A stretch of DNA of 6,825 bases from Paraspadella gotoi (taxonomy: Eukaryota > Animalia > Chaetognatha). Shown piece by piece: positions 1-6,448 of the stretch. The translations under genes were made by a program, and so were the position numbers. The stretch is taken from assembly GCA_051294375.1 (NCBI GenBank), contig JBJCIZ010000623.1, positions 1 to 6,825 of the forward strand, written 5' to 3'. Every line of letters starts with the position of its first letter. Position 1 is the stretch's first letter. The notes beneath the pieces are model-generated. The model was given only the letters and a program-made list of their open reading frames with translations. It ran no database searches and was not told the DNA's origin.

Positions 1-11
1 AGAGAAGAGAT

Positions 12-530
12 TCTCTCTCTCTCTCTCTCTCTCTCGTCATGTCTCTCTGGTGATCTCTCTCATTCTCTCTCAAACATCTATCTCGTCTCTCCCTGCTCCT
101 CTCTCTCGCCTTGCCGACCCCCATACCTCAGACAAGAACAGATTGGTACGAATCCCTCTTATTCTATCTATTCTTTTTTCTCTCTCTCTTCAACCATCTC
201 TCGATCTGCTCTCTCTCTAATCCATCTCCCAACCCCTCTCTCTCTCTCTCATACTATACCCCACCATCTCCCAACTTCCCCCCATCTCCTTCTCCATCTC
301 TCGTCTCTCTCGCTCCTCTCATCCTCTCTTCTCTCTCTCACTCTCTCCTCTCTGCTCTCTCTCTATCTGCGACCATTCCATCTCCCAACCCCCTCTCATC
401 TCTCTCTTCTCTCTCTCTCTCTCTCGTCTCTTCCCTTCTATACATCACTCCACGCGCCTCTCCTCTCTCTCTCTCGTCTCTCCCTCTCTCTCTGCTCTCC
501 ATCATCTCTCTCCCTCTCTATCTGCGAACC
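12..530. repeat. CT-rich degenerate microsatellite / low-complexity tract with a cryptic ~155-bp period
   Basis: Perfect (TC)12 at 12-35, then interrupted CT runs. TCCATCTCCCAACCCC occurs exactly at 221-236 and 377-392. CTCTCTATCTGCGA occurs exactly at 359-372 and 514-527. Confidence 0.9.
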
Positions 531-550
531 CCAACATTTCGACGCAGATC

Positions 551-577
551 GCAAACGACGAACCATTTCGTCGTTGC
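551..577. other. Hairpin / inverted repeat (9-bp perfect stem)
   Basis: AACGACGAA (554-562), CCAT loop, TTCGTCGTT (567-575). It extends by two GC pairs past a bulged A. Confidence 0.75.
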
Positions 578-1034
578 CAGAATAGAGAAGCCGGGATTCT
601 CCACCATTTATGTAAAAATTCGCAACACCATTCGTCCGAGTCGTCGGGTACACATTGGTCAAGAGAAATATGTCCGTGCGGTCGTCCGGTCCGTCAGTCG
701 TTCAACTCACGGCTCCCCGCCACCCTGGAAGAAGTGGAACATGTCTCGCTCAGCACAGCGAATTCACTCTAGATGACTGTATACCGCTAGTGCGACGAGA
801 CGGCCGCAGGATACCAAGGTTGAAGAAAATAATGTGAAAAAAAAAATAAACAGTTGGGGAAAAAGAATAGTAAAAAACATAGTTGAAATATACGTGGATT
901 AAGATTTTTTTTTTACGTTCCCGCTCCGAATTTGGAATAAACGAATGATAAAATTTTGTTGGTAAATTTTTTGGGAAGATATTATTGTTATATGTGAAAA
1001 TGTTTTTATATGTATATATCTGTATAATTATCAA

Positions 1035-1225
1035 GGAGTGGAGAAGGAGAATTTGAGGGGGGGCAGAAGAAGAGAAGGAGATAAGGGAAGAGGAGAGAGA
1101 AGAATAAAGAGGAAGAAGAATAAGAAAGGAGAATAAAGAAGAAGATGCATTGAAAGAAGAAAAAGAAGGAAGTTAAAAGAATAAGAATAAACAAAGAGAA
1201 TTTTTAAAAAAATGAGAGGAGAAGA
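1035..1225. repeat. Purine-rich (GAA/GGA/GAATAA) low-complexity tract
   Basis: Almost entirely A/G on the + strand with recurring AGAAG/GAATAA words. Confidence 0.85.
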
Positions 1226-1329
1226 TGACATTTGCGAAAAGACGCGCGCGCGAAAAATGCGAATAAAAAAACAAATGAACAAAGAATACTAATAGCTCTG
1301 TCGGACGCCATTGTCTATTGTTTTACTTT

Positions 1330-1430
1330 TCGTCATCGACGTCGTTGTCGATCTTTATCGCGTTGTCGCGTCGGTCGTCGTAGGTCGTCTTTTATCGTCG
1401 CGTTTTTCGTCTTTATCGTCGTTCGTCAGT
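1330..1430. repeat. Degenerate (TCG/GTC)n-rich tract
   Basis: Dense TCG/GTCG words, with TCTTT(T)ATCG recurring at about 1352, 1388 and 1410. Confidence 0.65.
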
Positions 1431-1526
1431 TTGTTTCATTCTCCCATCAAAACCCGATTTCATCCGCTAAATGAGAGACAAGATGACGACAAAGATTCGC
1501 ACGAAAAGACGGAATCACGCCTTTCC

Positions 1527-1562
1527 TTCCGGCGAATTTCCGGACGAAATTTCCAGGCGAAT
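1527..1562. repeat. 3-copy ~11-13-bp tandem repeat, consensus TTCCGGCGAAT
   Basis: TTCCGGCGAAT (1527-1537), TTCCGGACGAAAT (1538-1550), TTCCAGGCGAAT (1551-1562). A partial copy TTCCGGCAAA lies near 1592. Confidence 0.7.
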
Positions 1563-1629
1563 CTCCTTGTCTCGAGGAAATAGAGTACCTTTTCCGGCAA
1601 AAGTCCCTTCTCATTTAACCGAGATCGTC

Positions 1630-1787
1630 TTCTCCTTTTCTTTCTCTCGCTCTCTAACCATCAGTTTTCTTCTTTCGGCACCCTCTCATTTTTATTTTTA
1701 ACACTCTCTCTCTCTTCTCATTCATCTGCTCTCGATCTCTCTCTCTCTCTTCATCTCTCTCATCTCATCTCATCTCTCATTCTCTAT
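1630..1787. repeat. CT/CATCT-rich degenerate microsatellite
   Basis: Interrupted (CT)n runs and repeated CATCT(CT) words. Confidence 0.8.
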
Positions 1788-1868
1788 CCGACAAACGCAG
1801 AAGAAAGGAAGAAAGGGAAATGTCGACAAAGATATCGGACCCAGGGACATGAAGTCATCAATAATAAC

Positions 1869-1889
1869 TCGTCGTCGTCGTCGTCGTCG
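1869..1889. repeat. (TCG)7 microsatellite
   Basis: Perfect trinucleotide run with a degenerate continuation to about 1903. Confidence 0.95.
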
Positions 1890-1992
1890 GTCGTCGCGTC
1901 GCGAGTATTCGTCATCAATTAGCGTCACCATCGTTCGGTTTCCTTCTCACCTCAATCCGGTTGTGGACATTTGCGGCGAGCGAGCGCGCGCG

Positions 1993-2177
1993 GGAGAGAA
2001 GAGAGAGAGAAGAGAGAAGAGAGAGAGAGAGAGAAGAGAGAAGAAGAAGGAAAAAAGAAGGAAGAGGAAAAAGAGAGAGAGAGAGAGACGGGCGCGAATC
2101 TAAGCGAACAACGAAAAAAGACAAATCGTGGAATAATGGAGGCGGGGATGGGAGAGGGCGTTGGAGAAGGAAGAGAG

Positions 2178-2228
<51 letters not shown>
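1993..2228. repeat. GA-rich microsatellite cluster including perfect (AG)21
   Basis: Interrupted (GA)n/(GAA)n at about 1993-2088 and perfect (AG)21 at 2182-2223. Confidence 0.95.
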
Positions 2229-2229
<1 letters not shown>

Positions 2230-2530
2230 TAATTGGTCGGATTATTGTGATTTAAAGAATGGTGTTTGCGGAGATTTGGGAAAGTCCTGAAATTAGGTCG
2301 GTGGAAATGTCTTTTGTTTCGAGCTCATAGTTTTTAAAACAAAAAGCTCACGGAGAACTATGATAAAATTATTCTTTAAAAGTAAAAGCTCTGGATATTA
2401 TTGAAATCATTATTGCGACCTAAACGATTTGAAATATCGAAGATATTTAGGATTGATTACAAACGGTTAGATCCGATTTAAAACCAGCACAAGGCCGTGA
2501 AAGGCCGGGTCATATTTGGTATGCAAAAGC

Positions 2531-2793
2531 TTCCAACATTCCCCCGCTCCCTATTTCTCTGCTTCCCAACTTCCCTACTTCCCCGTTCCCCCATTCCCCC
2601 ATACTTCCATACTTTTTTCCCGCTTCCGCTATTTCCCTGTTCCCCGCTTGATCCGTTCTCCGGCTTCACTTCTTCCCTACTTCCCATACTATTCCCCGCT
2701 TCCCTAAACATTCATACATTTCGCAGCTTCCTCCTTCCCCGCTTCTCTCCTTTTTCACCCGCCTCCTTCCATCATTCCCGCCCTCTTTTCCCT
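2531..2793. repeat. Degenerate ~8-bp tandem array, consensus TTCCC(C/T)(G/A)C
   Basis: Recurring TTCCCCGC / TTCCCTAC / TTCCCAAC / TTCCCCCA words spaced about 7-10 bp apart. The minus strand is G-rich. Confidence 0.8.
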
Positions 2794-2989
2794 GTGCCAT
2801 CCTTATTCTTCGGGTTTAAAAAAATATCCCTGGCTCGTTCGTTATCCCCTCGTCCATGAACGACGTAATTTTTACACGTCGCGTTCAGTTTTTTAAAAAT
2901 TATAAAAATTATAAAAAAAAACCCCGTCTATAACAGAATACCCTTCCTCCTACCTCTTACCCTTCCTCTTCCTCCTTTAATTCCTTTTT

Positions 2990-3570
2990 CCATTTCTCCT
3001 TTATTCTGTTCACTCTAATTTCTCCCTTATTCTTTCACTCCTATTTGCACTTTATTCTTGTCATCCTAATTTACTAATATATATATTTATTCTTTCCTCA
3101 CTATTTTCCTTTATATTTTCCTCCTATTTTCTTTCCTTTACTTTCCTCACTATAATCTCCTTTATTCTTTCCCATCCATTATCTCTCCTTTATATTCTTT
3201 TTTTCTATTCCTCACTATTTTTTTTCCTTTATTTCTTTTTACAGATTTACCTATTTTCCTCCTTATTCTTTCCTCCATTTCTCTTTATTTCATTTCCTCA
3301 CATTTCTCCTTTGTTCTTTCCTCCTATTTTCTCTTTTTCTTTCCTGCCTATTTTTTTCAGCTTTATTTTTTCCATCTAATTTTCCTTTATTCTTTCCACG
3401 TATTTTTCCACTTTATTCTATTCCTTATTTCCATTATATCATTATTATCTCGCCTTTTTCCTCTTCATCCACTTTATGTACTTAGTCTTTCCTCCTATTT
3501 TTTTCCCTTTATTGATTCTTATTTCTCGCTATCTACTCCTAAATTTCTAGGGCTATTTTTCACTATTACT
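2990..3570. repeat. ~25-bp pyrimidine-rich minisatellite, consensus approximately CTCCTTTATTCTTTCCTCCTATTTT, roughly 20 degenerate copies
   Basis: Core TTATTCT or close variants at 3001, 3027, 3052, 3087, 3111, 3137, 3162 ... 3263, 3285, 3311 ... 3387, 3413. Spacing is mostly 24-26 bp. Confidence 0.85.
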
Positions 3571-3899
3571 ATACATTCTTTGTATAATCGGACTTTTCTA
3601 TCTTTTACTTATTATTATCTCATGTTTAACCCGGGACATGTACTTTGCTCTGTTCCTTTGTAAGGCAATGTAATGTACAAACTGGTAAGCACTGTGCACT
3701 GTACAACTAGTACAAACTAGACAATGTACATGTACGTGGTACCATTTCCTCATCATCTTTAAACAATCTCCTTGTTCTATATTTCATGACCGAATATTTT
3801 CCTTAACATTCACGCTTTTTTTTATAAATCTCCGCAAATTTCCACTTCTGCATCCGCTATCACCCCATTTTTCCAACAGCAGTTCCATCCGAGTCCTTG

Positions 3900-4010
3900 T
3901 CCTCACCTCGCTCCTTTACTTCATCCCCCCCCTCCCTCACCCTCTCCCGCACCCTCTCACCCCTCCATCTTTTCCCCCTCACCTCTGCCCCTTTACCCCT
4001 CTAAACTCCC
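3900..4010. repeat. C-rich tract with 6-bp CCCTCN periodicity; G-quadruplex motif on minus strand
   Basis: C8-T-C3-TCA-C3-TCT-C3-GCA-C3-TCTCA-C4 at 3925-3963. Confidence 0.7.
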
Positions 4011-4140
4011 AAATCGCATCCATTCTCCCAGATATTTCCTATCATTTATTATCCCGCGCGCTCCCACAGCGGGTAGTCTTGCCTTCTCATCATTCCTCTA
4101 TTTATTTTTTTTTTTCCGCGTCGGGGAGGGGAGCGAGAAA

Positions 4141-4435
4141 GCTCTCGTCTCTCTCTCTCCATCCCCTCTCTCTCCTTCTCGTCTCTCTTCTCGTCTCTCT
4201 CCCATCCTCCCTCTTCCTCTCTCATCCTCTCTCTCCGTCCCTGTCACAAGTCTGCGGACATCGCTCTCTCCTCTCTCCTCACTCTCTCTCATCCTCTCTC
4301 TACTCCATCTTCCTATATCCCACAATGCGATGGGCGCTGATTTTTAAAGACGGGACAAAAATAGGGCCGTTTTCTCTCTCTCTCTCCCTCTCGTATCTCT
4401 CTCCATCTCTCTCTCACCGTCTCCATCTCTCAATC
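4141..4435. repeat. CT-rich degenerate microsatellite
   Basis: Interrupted (CT)n with CTCGTCTCTC and CATCC words, broken by a short mixed island at about 4320-4370. Confidence 0.85.
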
Positions 4436-4967
4436 CGTCGAAGCCATTATTTATAAATATTGGGAGGCGTGGCGCTTTGTCGGCGCTATGATTCTGAATA
4501 TGGGAATCAAAAAGCGGAAAATGAGGAGCTTTCGAACGGGTCGGTGCGGTCGGTCGTTCGTGCGTTTCGTCGTCAGTCATGTATTTCAGCAGTCTTTGTT
4601 TTGAAATCGACTACACTGGCAGGATGTATATCTCGGTGGAAAACTGACGTTTTGCGGGGTTTGGAATAACAACTATTCAGAAAAGGGTTTTAAAACTATC
4701 TCAACCATATTCATCTAAACATTTTCATGATGAATAATCAGTTGTCGTATCGTGATTTTAGAATAACATAAGTTTTAAGTATATTAGTATTTAAATATTT
4801 ACTAAACCTATCGCACTTAAAAAGGAAGACTTGGAAGCTAATGCTAAAAAAGAGAAAAAAGAAAAACTCAAAAATGTAACGCGTGCGCACAGTTAATCGC
4901 GTATTGCACATTAATTCCTCTTCTTTGTTACGAAATCGACCTATTAAGTAAAATAAATTGCAACATA

Positions 4968-4986
4968 CGACCTGCCTTGCAGGTCG
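4968..4986. other. Perfect GC-rich hairpin (8-bp stem, 3-nt loop), possible transposon terminal structure
   Basis: CGACCTGC-CTT-GCAGGTCG. It extends imperfectly to 4960-4993 (GCAACATA / AGGTTTC). Confidence 0.7.
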
Positions 4987-5820
4987 AGGTTTCTCTCCGG
5001 TGGGCGACCAGCTTAACTTTGCTTTATCTTCATCTTATTAAAGTTTAATATAATCTTCTTTTTAGTAAAATAGATAAAACCAAGACGGTTGTTCAAAAAA
5101 ACAATCGTTGCACCGGAAGCGAACATTTCCCTCCTTTCGTGAAACTTAATTTTTCAGATGATAGCGTTCCGCAGGATCTTAAAAAAAAAATTTGAGTCGC
5201 AACATATGAAATTGGTACAACCAATATAAAAATATGATCCATTCATTTGAAAATACAATAAGACTAACTTGTCGCCTGACTTTGGACCAAGGTTTTGGTG
5301 GTTTTAAGGCCTTCATCACACTCTTTTACAAGATAATGACATGGCAAGGTCCCTGGCCAAGCTTTTGCAATAGAGGACTCTCTCACAGTCATCGTTTATG
5401 TTCACTCTGCCAGAAATACCTGTTTCATATTGAAATGAAAAAAGAACCACATTCCGTTAAGTATAGATATGTAAGTATGAAAGACATAATGCATAGGAAA
5501 TATCTTTTTGGTTTATCAGTGAAAATAACCAAAATAATACACGAAATATCTGATGTGTATAATTTAAATGTGACAATATAGGTATAACATATATACAGAA
5601 GCCAGAATATTAATAACTTAAAAGTCTGGCCAGTATTAACTAAAAAATAACATCTGTACTTTAGTTAATCATGTGCCCAGTTTTAAATTTCTGGTCATTC
5701 GAATCGGCTTTACTATTAAGGCGATCACAGTGACCATTTCACGTGACCGCAAAAGTGTAATACATACGCATATTTAAGGTCTTACGTCATTTACCAAATA
5801 ATAAGTTGATACAATATCTA

Positions 5821-5854
5821 GACGGACTCACGGACAGACTGACCGACCGACCGA
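5821..5854. repeat. Compound (GACG/GACA/GACT/GACC)n tetranucleotide tract
   Basis: GACGGACTCACGGACAGACTGACCGACCGACCGA, the class of microsatellite seen near the 5' end of DINE-1/HINE elements. Confidence 0.85.
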
Positions 5855-5868
5855 AAATATACTCATAA

Positions 5869-5898
5869 AGTGGCTCCGCGAGTACTCGCGGCGCGACT
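5869..5898. other. 30-bp imperfect palindrome with perfect 16-bp core
   Basis: AGTGGCT-CCGCGAGTACTCGCGG-CGCGACT. The core 5876-5891 is perfectly self-complementary, and 13 of 15 pairs match overall. Confidence 0.9.
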
Positions 5899-6013
5899 CC
5901 AAAAATATCTTTTTAAAAACGCTTTCGACATCCGAGAAGGCGTCTTCGGCTCAGACGAGCTTCGACTTTACGTCCTCTTTGCTTTTTGACCGAGATTGAA
6001 AAGAGCAAAAAAA

Positions 6014-6041
6014 GGGGTGTTGGGGTTTGAGGGCAGACGGG
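6014..6041 (+). other. Canonical G-quadruplex motif
   Basis: GGGG-TGTT-GGGG-TTTGA-GGG-CAGAC-GGG fits four G3+ runs with 1-7-nt loops. Confidence 0.55.
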
Positions 6042-6196
6042 AGTGAGAAACTGCGGTGGGCAATGGGGGGGGTTCGGTGGTTCTGGAGTGAAAGTGAGCT
6101 GCGGTGTGAATTTGAGGCCATCGAACGTGAGTTGGTTTGGAGAAGGAAAGGGATAGAACCCCCTTTTTTGCGTTCTCGTCAGCCACGGCAATAACG

Positions 6197-6202
<6 letters not shown>

Positions 6203-6260
<58 letters not shown>
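6203..6260. repeat. (CT)15-AT-(CT)13 microsatellite
   Basis: Two perfect runs, 6203-6232 and 6235-6260. Confidence 0.95.
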
Positions 6261-6264
<4 letters not shown>

Positions 6265-6390
6265 ACCGGCGCCCCAGGGGGCCTGGTCATCTCCGCCGCT
6301 CGGCCGCGGCGGTGCGGTCTTCGGCTGCTGCGGAGAGGCCGCGTCGCCGCAGGACCGCGGCGCTGCGTTTCTCTGCAGGGCTGCGTCCGC
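6261..6390. other. Short very GC-rich, CpG-dense patch
   Basis: Hand count gives about 100 G+C in 130 nt (~77%). It includes hairpin CCGCCGC-TCGGCC-GCGGCGG (6293-6312). Confidence 0.6.
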
Positions 6391-6448
6391 CCTTATTGTC
6401 GCGCCCCGTTTAGTCGTTATCATCTAAATAGATTGAGCGCCGCGCGCG

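Larger units (their letters stand above)
5191..5900 (-). mobile_element. Putative non-autonomous Helentron-associated element (HINE / DINE-1-like), ~710 bp
   Basis: Minus strand reads TTTTT | GGAGTCGC, then a 30-bp palindrome, a ~15-bp spacer, a (GGTC/GTCT/GTCC) tract and an AT-rich body. It ends with hairpin ATTGGT-TGT-ACCAAT, then GCGACTCAAA | T10. Terminal decamers match 9/10 as inverted repeats. It is T-run flanked with no complex TSD. The call rests on architecture only, with no database match. Confidence 0.6.

Noticed and set aside
111-776. 221-aa ORF as a gene
   Set aside because: TTG start. The first ~140 codons are S/L/P translations of CT repeats, which rarely contain stops, and the tail has no recognisable domain.
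1075-1200. Inverted copy of the 25-bp minisatellite (shares AGAATAAAG with its reverse complement)
   Set aside because: The GAATAA words are not spaced at ~25 bp, and low complexity explains the similarity.
750-1701. Cluster of 60-94-aa ORFs, some hydrophobic and membrane-protein-like
   Set aside because: F/L/I/S- or R/V/S-rich composition follows directly from the A/G, T-rich and TCG tracts. They overlap in several frames with no coherent gene structure.
1849-2290. RE/RK-rich ORFs resembling splicing-factor or coiled-coil proteins
   Set aside because: Translations of (TCG)7 and (GA)n, open in several frames on both strands.
2478-2859. P/F- and G-rich ORFs
   Set aside because: Products of the 8-bp C-rich array.
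2857-2894. Rho-independent terminator
   Set aside because: The hairpin plus T-run shape fits, but there is no upstream gene and the DNA is not prokaryote-like.
2990-3570. CRISPR array
   Set aside because: Units are contiguous and degenerate, with no unique spacers and no cas genes. The context is eukaryotic-like.
4448-4473. TATA box plus GC box as a core promoter
   Set aside because: Short motifs with no identifiable downstream transcript or gene.
4773-4822. AT-rich interrupted inverted repeat (TTTTAAGT...TTAGTA / TACTAA...ACTTAAAA)
   Set aside because: Short AT-only arms are expected by chance in very AT-rich DNA.
5191-5600. Helitron Rep/helicase remnant
   Set aside because: The frames I inspected by eye show no HUH/Y2 or PIF1 helicase motifs (e.g. 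KSQGQT, YVALSR).
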